From Promethearchaeota archaeon (GTDB lineage: Archaea > Asgardarchaeota > Lokiarchaeia > Sigyniarchaeales > SOKP01), in assembly GCA_048941285.1 (NCBI GenBank), contig JBHLNS010000011.1:1-64000 (forward strand): 64,000 nucleotides of DNA. The letters run 5' to 3'. Below are positions 1 through 9,721 of this stretch, piece by piece. Below the pieces are notes generated by a model. The model did no database searches. It had not been told where the DNA came from and worked only from the letters and a program-made list of their open reading frames with translations. The stretch's first letter is position 1. The number at the start of each line of letters is the position of its first letter. The translations under genes and the position numbers were made by a program.

Positions 1-161
1 CCCCATTTATCTCCTTTATGTCCTGTAAATCTTATCATAAATTCGGCATAACAGTAAATACATCCATGTTGACAACCGGTATATGGATTTATAACGTAAT
101 CAATTGAGGGAATATTGCTCTTAGTTATGATATTTTTAGCTTCTCGATATTCAATTTTCAT
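1..161 (-). CDS. Radical SAM protein, spore photoproduct lyase-like family (5' part only, runs off the window)
   Basis: Not in the ORF track. Manual translation from ATG at 161 gives MKIEYREAKNIITKSNIPSIDYVINPYTGCQHGCIYCYAEFM..., with the NPYxGCxHxCxYCYA radical SAM motif. Confidence 0.85.
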   Translation of the reverse strand, partial: MKIEYREAKNIITKSNIPSIDYVINPYTGCQHGCIYCYAEFMIRFTGHKGDKW

Positions 162-249
162 GTTTAATAACTCAAAAAAAGATAAATTATAAAATCATAC
201 GCTGATTAAAATTTAATCTTTTATAAAATGAAAAAAAGATAATTATATT

Positions 250-894
250 TTAGGGTATTGTTGTTAAATTTAGAAGTTTGAGAAATTGAGCCATAAAATC
301 TGGCAAACCATCCCAAGATGGAGCAGTTACCAAATTATCTTGAGTAAAAGCAATATTTCCTGGATATTCATCCTCTACAATTGCTCCTTGTAAAGTGCAC
401 TCCAAAGCGATAGAAGGATATGGATAAATTTTCTTATTTTTCAAGAATTCTATTTCCTTGAAAACTGCATCAGTATAAGCTAATATTTGAGGACCATGAC
501 AAATGGCACCTATAGGTTTTTTATTCTCCATGAAATGAAATACAAGTTTTTGAACTTCTGGCAGTAAAGATAAATATTCTGGAGCTCGTCCACCCGGTAT
601 AATCAAACCATCATAATTTTCAACTTCTATCTCGATATTTTCCCAATCAAAATCTTCCTCTAATCTATAGAGGTGTCCAAGTGATTCTGAATATGTAATG
701 GGTTTCCTCTTTAAGGCTAGTTCCCAATCTTCTTTTGAAATATGATGAATTGCAGTTTTAATAAACTCACCCTTTCCTCTACCGGGGCAAATGATTTTAA
801 CCTCACAACCAAACATACTTAAAACAGAATAAGGTACCATTAATTCGTAATCATCAACAAAATCTCCTGTTAAGATTAGAATTTTTTTAGTCAT
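250..894 (-). CDS. DJ-1/PfpI family protein (protease/glyoxalase-like)
   Basis: GDFVDDYE, IPGGRAPEYL and AICHG (nucleophile Cys) motifs. Confidence 0.9.
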   Translation of the reverse strand: MTKKILILTGDFVDDYELMVPYSVLSMFGCEVKIICPGRGKGEFIKTAIHHISKEDWELALKRKPITYSESLGHLYRLEEDFDWENIEIEVENYDGLIIPGGRAPEYLSLLPEVQKLVFHFMENKKPIGAICHGPQILAYTDAVFKEIEFLKNKKIYPYPSIALECTLQGAIVEDEYPGNIAFTQDNLVTAPSWDGLPDFMAQFLKLLNLTTIP

Positions 895-1056
895 AAGGTT
901 AAATTCAAATGAGCATTTTAAAAGTTTGCTACGAGGTTCAAATAATAATCAAATTATCAAGATAAATTCTGATAATCCTTACTATATTAAAATATATAAA
1001 ATATAATGTTTAGATTTTTAACAAATAATATTAAAAATCAAGCTGGTTGTTAATTA

Positions 1057-2061
1057 ATTACTCTGAACTTAAAGGAAAAATTAACACAAAAAAACTACTA
1101 TTTAATTTTAATTTTAACTTCCATCATAATTGGAGCTTCAATTTATATTATAATTATTATTGAAGATCAGAATTCTTCGGATAAGTTTCCTGATTTCATA
1201 ACAAAAAATAAAGATTATTTTGTTACAAGAATTGGAGATATTCCTCAAATTGATCCAAATACATATAATCTAATCGTTAGGGGTCAATTAGAAAATCCAA
1301 AAAATTTTACTCTTAACGAACTCTTAGCTTTAAATTTGACCGAAAGAACATTAACAACAGAATGCATAGGTAATCCTCCTAAAGGACCACTTCTATCTAC
1401 TACTGTATGGAAAGGGTTTTTGGTATACGATCTTTTAGATTCACTTGGATTGAAACCTAATGCAACAGGAGTAAAATACTTGGCTGCAGATGGATATTAC
1501 GCATCTCATACACTAGATCAAATAAGAGACGATGGAACAATAGGAGCACTCTATATGAATAATAAAGTACTACCTCCAGTTCAAGGTTTTCCTCTCAGAA
1601 TTATAAATCCTGGTTATTATGGAGCAAAACAACCAGCATGGGTAGTAGAAATAGAAGTTATCAACAGACCTCTTGAGGATTTTTGGGATGATAGAAGATG
1701 GGATACATCTCCGCCTATGGATGTTGATTCAACGATCTTTTTTCCTAAAGACAATGTAAATATAAAAGTTGGTATCCCTTTTGAAATTGGTGGTGCCGCT
1801 TTTGGAGGTAAAAGAATAACTAAAATAGAATATATTGTTGAAGGAATATCAAATTGGACTCAAGCAGAAGTCGTAAAAAGTCTTGATTTGGATTATGTGT
1901 GGATTTTCTGGAAGATTTCAATAAGTATTGATAAGGTAGGATCATATATGGTATACACTAAAGCAACTGATATATACAATAACTCTCAACCGCAAATCGA
2001 CTCTAGTATACATAATGGAAATAATGGATGGCCTTCTTTATTAATAAATATAGTAGAATAG
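1057..2061 (+). CDS. Membrane-anchored molybdopterin oxidoreductase, sulfite oxidase/MsrP family
   Basis: ECIGN Mo-ligating Cys, GFPLR..PGYYGAK, C-terminal Ig-like dimerisation domain. The frame is open back to TAA at 1051-1053 and encodes a TM helix plus family N-terminal sequence upstream of the track's TTG at 1336; start probably ATT 1057 or CTG 1063. Confidence 0.8.
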   Translation: MTLNLKEKLTQKNYYLILILTSIIIGASIYIIIIIEDQNSSDKFPDFITKNKDYFVTRIGDIPQIDPNTYNLIVRGQLENPKNFTLNELLALNLTERTLTTECIGNPPKGPLLSTTVWKGFLVYDLLDSLGLKPNATGVKYLAADGYYASHTLDQIRDDGTIGALYMNNKVLPPVQGFPLRIINPGYYGAKQPAWVVEIEVINRPLEDFWDDRRWDTSPPMDVDSTIFFPKDNVNIKVGIPFEIGGAAFGGKRITKIEYIVEGISNWTQAEVVKSLDLDYVWIFWKISISIDKVGSYMVYTKATDIYNNSQPQIDSSIHNGNNGWPSLLINIVE

Positions 2062-2086
2062 ATTATGTGTAACAATTTCTTTTTTT

Positions 2087-2890
2087 TTACTCAAGATTGA
2101 GTTTCTTTTTTGCTTGATAGTAAAATAATAGAACAGATAAATTAGTACTTAAATGAAAAATCCAAGGATATAATATTCCTAATTGAATAAGAGCAAGAGA
2201 ATAGATAATAGAAGATATAAGTGTGGAAATTACATGACCCCAGCTTCCTGAAGTAGAGAAGTGAACTAATCCAAAGAGAATTGAAACGAAAATAATACTT
2301 AAAAAGTATTCCCAATGAAAGTAATATGTTAACACGCTAAGTAAAAGACTTCTATATATCAATTCTTCTACAAAAGCAACTAAAGGAAAAAGAATTATTA
2401 AAAGAAGAATCTTTTTATAATTCAAATCTTTTGTGAAAAATTGGAATATATCATCTCCTCTTTGATCTAGCAGAATCTTTACATTTCTTGAGAAATAGAT
2501 TTTAATCCCAATTAATTTTAACAAGATTATTGAAAAATAAAGTAAGAATAAAATAATGTTATGACTATGGTTAAATCCAATTAAATTATCAAATGGAATA
2601 AAGATGGTAACTGATGCGTTATAAAATAAGATATTATTAGCGTACAATGCAAAAGGGATTAAAAAGAGTAACACATAAATTAGTATATCTTTTTTCGTGA
2701 ATTTTTTTCTAAGTTCTAGTATGAATTTAACAAAAATAACAAAAAAAAGTGTTACACATATTATAAACAAGACAAAAATATTATCAAATGAAGAGTAGAA
2801 AAACCAGTACGCAAAAATCAATAAGATTATTGAATTGTATATTATTTTATTTTTTATTCTGTTTTTTACTAGATTCTCGTCGTATGACAT
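2087..2890 (-). CDS. CPBP/Abi (CAAX protease-like) intramembrane metalloprotease
   Basis: EELIYR, FGLVH and H-x3-N motifs; multi-TM. Confidence 0.85.
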   Translation of the reverse strand: MSYDENLVKNRIKNKIIYNSIILLIFAYWFFYSSFDNIFVLFIICVTLFFVIFVKFILELRKKFTKKDILIYVLLFLIPFALYANNILFYNASVTIFIPFDNLIGFNHSHNIILFLLYFSIILLKLIGIKIYFSRNVKILLDQRGDDIFQFFTKDLNYKKILLLIILFPLVAFVEELIYRSLLLSVLTYYFHWEYFLSIIFVSILFGLVHFSTSGSWGHVISTLISSIIYSLALIQLGILYPWIFHLSTNLSVLLFYYQAKKKLNLE

Positions 2891-2987
2891 TTAATTGAAA
2901 TTGATAAATCATTATTAAATTGAAGTTATAAATATTAATTCAATTTAAAAACTTAATAACATATATTTTATAAATTAAAATATTTAG

Positions 2988-3524
2988 ATGGATCTTATTA
3001 ACAATATTGAAACTAAAAGGCTTAGACTTAGGCCAATTAATCATAATGATTTTGAATTTTTTCTAATAAGTATTAAAGATGATCAAGTTAGCGAAAACAT
3101 AAAGAAGATTATAAATCTTAAAAATTTAGAGAATCCTGAAATCTTATTTGAAGAAATTATTCAATTAGATGCTATTTTTACTCTAATAATTTCAAAAAAA
3201 GATACTGATGAATATATCGGTATTTGTGGGTTAAATATTTTAGCAGACTCTAATGAAGCAATATGCTTCTATGCATTACTTCCTAAATATAGAGGATTCG
3301 GATTTGCAATAGAAGCAATGAAAATACTTATAGCATATGGATTTTTGAAGTTTAGTTTAAATAAAATAACAACATATGTAGAACCTACAAGTTCAGCAAT
3401 ATGGAAAGTTGCTGAGAGAGTTGGGATGAAATATTTGGGCCATATTCAGACCAGCAAACCTCAATCTAAAGTAATGTATTTTTCAATAGAAAGAAATGAA
3501 TTTGAGGCTCAGCAAGTTACTTAG
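2988..3524 (+). CDS. GNAT N-acetyltransferase, RimJ/RimL-like
   Basis: IETKRLRLRP, YRGFGFAIEA, VAERVGM. Confidence 0.85.
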   Translation: MDLINNIETKRLRLRPINHNDFEFFLISIKDDQVSENIKKIINLKNLENPEILFEEIIQLDAIFTLIISKKDTDEYIGICGLNILADSNEAICFYALLPKYRGFGFAIEAMKILIAYGFLKFSLNKITTYVEPTSSAIWKVAERVGMKYLGHIQTSKPQSKVMYFSIERNEFEAQQVT

Positions 3525-4092
3525 AATATCCAATAGGGATAATGTAAAGAGGTTCAATATCTTTAGGAAGTTCGAGAACAGCTCTTACTTGGTCATCGTC
3601 AAATGCACCAATCGGTACTGATGCTAAACCTAAAGCAACTGCTTCTAAATGAATATTCTGCGCGCAATGCCCAACCTCAATAAGCACATATCGAACACCT
3701 CTTTTTCCATATCTCCAAGTAGTTCTTGAGAATTCTGCGCAAATTATTATATTCATATATGCTTCAGCAATAAAATATTGATCCAAGGAGGCTCTTACCA
3801 GTCTATTACTTAAATTTTCTTCGGTAATTAGTTCTAATGTATGCTTCTTAACATTATAATTAAAAAAACCTTTATCACTGAGAGTAACATAAATTTCTAA
3901 GGGATAAGTTGCTCCTGCTGACGGGACAGTTCTTTTCTCTCCTTTTCTCCCTTGTGTCGCCCACAATAACTGTGAAATTTTAGCAATATCAATAATTTTA
4001 TTTTTGAAATCTCTTATACTTTCACGTTTGTAAATACATTCTTCAAGACTTTTCTCGCCTTTTAATTCTGGCTTTTTTAGTATTATGCTCAT
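3517..4092 (-). CDS. SagB/ThcOx-type nitroreductase family protein
   Basis: RESIRDF, RTVPSAGATYPLE, EVGHCAQN, IGAFDD. Confidence 0.9.
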   Translation of the reverse strand: MSIILKKPELKGEKSLEECIYKRESIRDFKNKIIDIAKISQLLWATQGRKGEKRTVPSAGATYPLEIYVTLSDKGFFNYNVKKHTLELITEENLSNRLVRASLDQYFIAEAYMNIIICAEFSRTTWRYGKRGVRYVLIEVGHCAQNIHLEAVALGLASVPIGAFDDDQVRAVLELPKDIEPLYIIPIGYSK

Positions 4093-4202
4093 TATTTCAT
4101 CTATTTTTTATAAAGGCATTATAATATTTTAGAAAATTTTCTATTAATCTTTATTTTTGTGATAATAAGAACCTTTATTTTTGATAATATTATTTCATTC
4201 GT

Positions 4203-4559
4203 ATGGCTTCAAAACCTAATCTGAAGGAAATGTTCCAAGAATGGAATGATCTAAATAATAAAGCACAGGAGTCCATGGGGAATTTTGATTTCGAGAATAT
4301 AAAAAAAATTAGAAAAGGTCAGAAACAAATAGAAGACACTATTTATGAGATTTTAAAAGAAAATGCTCCAAAAAATATTAAAGATATCTTACCAGAAGAT
4401 TGTGGAGAAATGGAGGTTGGTTATGATACAGAAGGAGACACGTTTTATTTTGTCATGATTGATGAAGAAGATAGTACTGATGAGGATGTAAAACTGAATG
4501 CTATTACAATAGATACTAGTAAAAAAATCTCTATAATTGAAGATTTTGAAATAGAATAA
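4203..4559 (+). CDS. Acidic hypothetical protein
   Basis: 118-aa ATG ORF with genome-typical codon use, followed by a T-rich tract. Confidence 0.7.
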   Translation: MASKPNLKEMFQEWNDLNNKAQESMGNFDFENIKKIRKGQKQIEDTIYEILKENAPKNIKDILPEDCGEMEVGYDTEGDTFYFVMIDEEDSTDEDVKLNAITIDTSKKISIIEDFEIE

Positions 4560-4617
4560 ATTCTATTTTAGTTTTTAAAAAAAAAATAGAAAAAAAGATT
4601 TAGATATTATATATTAT

Positions 4618-6150
4618 TTAAAATTTATCAGAGTCATCATACCATTCGGGAAACCATTGATAATGCTCTTTTGGAAAAGCTTTTTGTAAACCTTCATAAG
4701 TTGCTTTCACTAATACTATCTTTCCTTGTTTATCCTTATGACTTACTATCAAGTTTCGGAATTCTAAAGCTTCGAAAATTTTTCTGATTGTAGATCGACT
4801 TCCTCCACCAATATCCTCTCTTACGTCATCTGGAGTCATGTATAAGCCGGGATTAATTTTATAATCATGAGCAATTACTTTTAATATGTTTTCCTCGTTT
4901 AATTCTCGACCACTAAATTCAGAATTTTTCTTGGATATTAATGGTGCATTAACTTCTTCATCCCACCTTAATCTAATAGAGCTATTATATCGGGGTAACA
5001 TGGCACTGAAGCGAAAAATTATCATTTTTTGAATTTCAGATGTCCCTGCTACAATCTCACCAATCTTTGCATCACGTAAAAAACGTTCAGCCGGTAAAAA
5101 TCTAGTTAAGCCATCTCCTCCTAAAATTTGAATAGCCTTTAAAGCACAATCACGGCCAAATTCAGTAGTCATCAACTTTGCAACTGAGGCTTCAACCATT
5201 GGTTCCTTCCCATCGTCCAATAGTTTCGCAACATAATATGCAAAAGTTCTAGCCACCTTATATTTAGAGATTATATCAGCAATTCCCTCTTGAACACCAG
5301 GAAATTGGTTTGTAGTTCTATTAAATTGAACTCTTCTTTGTGTGTGATGGAAAAGTAATTGAATCATATCTTCAAATGCCCCTCCAAATACGGCAGATCC
5401 AATTAATCTTTCAAAATTCAATCCTGCCATCATGACATTCCAACCTTTTCCCACAGCACCTATGCGATTTTCATCAGGAATTCTTACGTGATCAAAATCT
5501 AAATAACCATTTGGAACATTATCAAGTCCTATTAAAGAATTGATCTTCTCTAATGTGAAACCGGGACTGCCTTTTTCAACAATAAATGCTGTAAGGTGTC
5601 CATATTGTTTACGAATAGCTGGATCCTCACTTGTTTTGGCATAAATAAAATACCTGTCGGACACTCCAGCTCCAGTAATATATCGCTTTTTCCCATTGAT
5701 TATCCATTCATTATCTTCCTTTTTTGCCGAAGTGAACACATTAGCAGCATCAGAGCCTGCAAATGGTTCTGTTATACATACGGCTCCTAACTGTTCACCC
5801 TTAGCTAACTTTGGAAGCCATTTTCTTTTTTGTTCTTCAGTAGCATACCTCAAAATTTGCTCCATTCCAGCTAACATGCTTACTGTGAAGACATGTCCAA
5901 CGGAATAAAGGCGTCCTAATTGTTCAGCAACAATACAACTACCCGTAGCTCCTAATTCTAATCCTCCATACTCTTTAGGAATACCCGCACCAAAAAAACC
6001 TTCTTTTGCTACTTTTTTAACTAAAGGCCAAGGGAATTTCTTTTTCCAAAAATAATATTCAGCCTCTTCTATATTATTATCAACAAACTCTTTTACTTTC
6101 TTAGAGATTTTTATATGATCTTCCGTCCACCAAAAAAACGGTTCACTCAT
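4618..6150 (-). CDS. Acyl-CoA dehydrogenase with C-terminal winged-helix-like extension
   Basis: ITEPFAGSDA, NGKKRYIT, RVQF, QILGGDG, IVAGTSEIQ motifs, plus about 125 extra C-terminal residues. Confidence 0.9.
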   Translation of the reverse strand: MSEPFFWWTEDHIKISKKVKEFVDNNIEEAEYYFWKKKFPWPLVKKVAKEGFFGAGIPKEYGGLELGATGSCIVAEQLGRLYSVGHVFTVSMLAGMEQILRYATEEQKRKWLPKLAKGEQLGAVCITEPFAGSDAANVFTSAKKEDNEWIINGKKRYITGAGVSDRYFIYAKTSEDPAIRKQYGHLTAFIVEKGSPGFTLEKINSLIGLDNVPNGYLDFDHVRIPDENRIGAVGKGWNVMMAGLNFERLIGSAVFGGAFEDMIQLLFHHTQRRVQFNRTTNQFPGVQEGIADIISKYKVARTFAYYVAKLLDDGKEPMVEASVAKLMTTEFGRDCALKAIQILGGDGLTRFLPAERFLRDAKIGEIVAGTSEIQKMIIFRFSAMLPRYNSSIRLRWDEEVNAPLISKKNSEFSGRELNEENILKVIAHDYKINPGLYMTPDDVREDIGGGSRSTIRKIFEALEFRNLIVSHKDKQGKIVLVKATYEGLQKAFPKEHYQWFPEWYDDSDKF

Positions 6151-6373
6151 TTTATAATACTCTTTAGTTTAGTTTTTTATTTTTATTTAATATAATTTGG
6201 ATAAATTGTAAATATAATATCAATTTTCTTTATAGAAAAAATTCAAAATCTGACTTTTAGAAAAAGATAAAAATAAATAAAGAGGTTAAAATTATTTTTC
6301 TAAATATATAAAATGAAGTGCTGAATTCTAAATAGATTAACTCTTCTATAAAATAAATTAAAGTGATTAATAA

Positions 6374-7987
6374 ATTTCAATTCCAGCATCTTTAAGAGTA
6401 GGACCACGGACAACAAACACGCTTGCTAAGAAAAGGTATCTAATTATCTATTTTATAACCATAGTTTTTTCTGCTCAACCCCCATTAATATGGTTATGGT
6501 ATTTTTGGCAATTTTTTCCAATTCTTGATTTAATATTTTATATACTCTTTCCTTTTGCATTCTTTTTCGGAATTATTATTCTCATAATAAGTTCAGCTTT
6601 TATAGCAAGGATTTTCTTAATATTTACCAATTTAATCCATAAACCACGTGAGGGTGTTTTTGTAAGAAGTAAACGAGATAAAGATTATTGTTACTGGAGT
6701 TTAAGAGCACTTATAAGAAAATGGCCAACTTGGTTAGCACGACAATTATCATTACCTTTACTTGAAAATTTAGTTTTAAAAATTCTCGGGCTAGGAACTT
6801 CTTTATCCAACTCATTGTATGAGGGATGGATTGATTGTGAGTTTATTAAATTTGGAAAAAACGTCAAAGTTGGTCAAGGAAGTTTTATTATATCTAATAT
6901 TATTATTAACAATAAATTAATCTTAAAGAAAGTATCAATTAGAGACAACGTAATTATAGGTGCTCATTCTATTGTATTGCCTGGTACAATAATCGAATCT
7001 AATACAATTTTGGATGCAATTTCTATGACAATGATTAATCAAAAATTAGAAAGCGATTCAATTTATCGGGGGAATCCTGCTAAAAAGATTGAAGGAATGA
7101 AATTCGTTGATAATCATAACCAATTCAAGGAAATAATTTTTGATAAGAAAATTTTAGAAGATTATGATAAAGAGAATTTGAGTTCACATGCTAAAGAATT
7201 ATCTGTCCCATTTCATTTCTATATTATTAGTGGTTGGATAATAATCGGTTGCTCTTTTATCTTACCGGGATTTTTGTTCTTTTTCTTCCTTTTTATTATC
7301 ATTATTCCTAATTTCTATTCAATTCCATTTTCTTTAAACATCTTAACAAATCTTTCAACATTTACTGTTTTAATTATTACTCCCTTAGTATTCGTGGCGT
7401 TATATATTTTACATTTATTCTTCGTAGCATTATTTACTAAATGGTTTTATAGTATGGCTAATAAAAGAGGACCTAGCCAAGGAGTATTTGACCGAAATTT
7501 AGATGAAAGTTCTCATGCGTTAAATTATTACCACTTTCGATCTTTTTTATTTAAATACCCCATTTTTGCTTTTATTCGTTCTCCATTTCCTTGGCTTCTT
7601 AATTGGGAATTAAGATTTATAGGTTCAAACAAAATTGGGAGAGGAACAGTTTTTGAAGATACTTTTTTCCATAGTCATATTAATTTTGGGAACAATTGTT
7701 ATATTGGATCTTTTTCTCATATTAGCAATCATTTAGTAGATGGAGTTTATGGTGAAGAAAACTTAACTTTTTTTGGTGTAGATATTGGAAATAATTGTGT
7801 TTTTAGTTTATCAAATGGTGCTATGCCTGGTTTAAAGATGGAAGATAATTCAACAATCTTGCCTCTTTCCGCTACCATGAAATACGATAAAGTAGGGAAA
7901 GATGGAACATATGGGAAATTTCCTGCAAGAAAGCTAGAATCAGAAGAAATTCAAAAATTCATGGGTGGTGATTACAATGGAGAATGA
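6374..7987 (+). CDS. Membrane protein with two TM-hairpin + left-handed beta-helix (hexapeptide) repeats
   Basis: Hexapeptide repeats (IRDNVIIGAHSIVLPGTII; FGNNCYIG). The frame is open from ATT at 6374 (after TAATAA), and the extension contains LIHKPREGVF..DYCYW, homologous to the downstream paralog. Confidence 0.8.
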   Translation: MSIPASLRVGPRTTNTLAKKRYLIIYFITIVFSAQPPLIWLWYFWQFFPILDLIFYILFPFAFFFGIIILIISSAFIARIFLIFTNLIHKPREGVFVRSKRDKDYCYWSLRALIRKWPTWLARQLSLPLLENLVLKILGLGTSLSNSLYEGWIDCEFIKFGKNVKVGQGSFIISNIIINNKLILKKVSIRDNVIIGAHSIVLPGTIIESNTILDAISMTMINQKLESDSIYRGNPAKKIEGMKFVDNHNQFKEIIFDKKILEDYDKENLSSHAKELSVPFHFYIISGWIIIGCSFILPGFLFFFFLFIIIIPNFYSIPFSLNILTNLSTFTVLIITPLVFVALYILHLFFVALFTKWFYSMANKRGPSQGVFDRNLDESSHALNYYHFRSFLFKYPIFAFIRSPFPWLLNWELRFIGSNKIGRGTVFEDTFFHSHINFGNNCYIGSFSHISNHLVDGVYGEENLTFFGVDIGNNCVFSLSNGAMPGLKMEDNSTILPLSATMKYDKVGKDGTYGKFPARKLESEEIQKFMGGDYNGE

Positions 7988-8855
7988 GTCTATTAAAAAA
8001 GATAATAACACTGATACACTTTTCGATATAACCAAATTGCCTATCACAACTAATGGGTTTAAATGGAATTTTAGTTCTTCTTTTCTCTTTTTGTTTTTAC
8101 ATATTTTTTCTCTTATTATGCCTACAGTTATGGTTTTAACTTTCTTTAGTTTTGCAATGGATTCTAATATTTTTCATTGGAGAATTTTACTAATTTTTAT
8201 TGATGTATTGGCATGGTGGGGCTCATATCTCCTCATTACTCTACTGTTAGGAAAATTAATATTAATTATAATAAAGTTAATCCATAAACCTGTTGAGGGC
8301 CTTTTTAGAATTGAAAGGAAGAATCGAGACTATAGATATTTCTGTTTAAGAATTTCCGTTAAAAAATTCATTTTTTGGGTTTGGAATAATTTCTGTTTTC
8401 CATGGGTTAGTAATTTTGCTTTTAAAATGTGTGATGTTTCGACAGATTTTAAGAGTACTATGTTCGATGGTTGGAGTGATGTAGAATTTATTGAATATGG
8501 GAATAATATCATGATTGGGCAAGGTGCTCAAATTTTTTCAAGTTTAATTATCAGAATTGAAAACCAAGACTATTTATTAATTAAAAAAGTAATTATCGGT
8601 GATCACGTTGTTCTTGGAGGAAATTCTATTGTAGCCCCTGGATCAATAATAGGTAAAGGGACAACATTGGGTGTATGGACAATCACACATATAAATCAAA
8701 TTTTAGAACCCGATTGGATTTATTTTGGATCACCTGCCCGTAAATATCAGCCTACTCAAAAAGCAATAGAAGAAAGCAAGAGACAAGCAATGAGGAGGAT
8801 AGTTGATACCGGTGAAAGAATACCTTTCGATGTAACGCAATTTTCAGACAAATAG
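7977..8855 (+). CDS. Membrane protein with one TM-hairpin + left-handed beta-helix domain, paralog of the upstream gene
   Basis: LIHKPVEGLF, IGDHVVLGGNSIVAPGSIIG, YFGSPAR. ATG at 7977 follows GGTGGTGA and overlaps the upstream gene end. Confidence 0.8.
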   Translation: MENESIKKDNNTDTLFDITKLPITTNGFKWNFSSSFLFLFLHIFSLIMPTVMVLTFFSFAMDSNIFHWRILLIFIDVLAWWGSYLLITLLLGKLILIIIKLIHKPVEGLFRIERKNRDYRYFCLRISVKKFIFWVWNNFCFPWVSNFAFKMCDVSTDFKSTMFDGWSDVEFIEYGNNIMIGQGAQIFSSLIIRIENQDYLLIKKVIIGDHVVLGGNSIVAPGSIIGKGTTLGVWTITHINQILEPDWIYFGSPARKYQPTQKAIEESKRQAMRRIVDTGERIPFDVTQFSDK

Positions 8856-8884
8856 ATAAGAATTTATTTTGTAAACATAATAAT

Positions 8885-9595
8885 TTAGAACTTTTTCCCT
8901 TTAGATACTTTATTGAACCTTACTCTTTCTTTTAACCTTTTTAAAGCTTTACGTTCTAACAATCTTGAATAAGTTTCCCATTTATCTTGTTCTCCTGGTT
9001 TTTTTCTTTGTATAATGAAACGGCAATGACTAGCGCCAGCAGGAATAGTATGTTTAAATTCTACCTGAAATTCATCCTCCAAAATATTGTCTTTGAAATA
9101 ATTGATGATACCTTGGACTAAATATCTTTGCACTCTGCAATCAAAAGCAGAATAAATATCTTGAAGTGGACACCATAAAATGTTAAAGGAGCAGCTATCT
9201 TCATTATCTATCTTAGGATCTTCAATGGAAGTCCATGCTTGAGTATTAATTATAGTTGCAAGGAAACTCATCAATTCTATTTCTGAAATATCAGCTGGTA
9301 TATCAACATTTTCTGCAATTTCTCTTCCCATTTCATATCCAGTTTTTATTAATGCATGATTGACCACTTTTTGGCCTTCAATTCCAAATCTTGCTTCATT
9401 TTCTTTTAGAATGTTAATAACAGCCATAGACATAAACAAACCAAATTGAAGCAATGAAGTTGGGTCAAAATCTTTTCGGTTTTGAACATTTTCTCTAAAT
9501 CTTTCTAGAGCCATCTTAAATGGCTCACCAAACTTAATTTTCTTCCAATTTTCTTCTTTCCTCGGTGTTCCTTTCAGAATTCCATCTTCTCTCAA
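8885..9595 (-). CDS. Hypothetical protein, ATC-hydrolase/V4R-like fold
   Basis: WCP...C...TIPAG..HCRF Cys pattern. Confidence 0.5.
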   Translation of the reverse strand: MREDGILKGTPRKEENWKKIKFGEPFKMALERFRENVQNRKDFDPTSLLQFGLFMSMAVINILKENEARFGIEGQKVVNHALIKTGYEMGREIAENVDIPADISEIELMSFLATIINTQAWTSIEDPKIDNEDSCSFNILWCPLQDIYSAFDCRVQRYLVQGIINYFKDNILEDEFQVEFKHTIPAGASHCRFIIQRKKPGEQDKWETYSRLLERKALKRLKERVRFNKVSKGKKF

Positions 9596-9721
9596 TTTAA
9601 ATCACTCTTGTATAAATTATATGTGAAGAATATTTATATGAAATAAAAAGTAAAGAGATATATATTAAGTTTTAAAATAATTACATAACACGATAATTAT
9701 AATTTAAGAATTTGATTAAAT

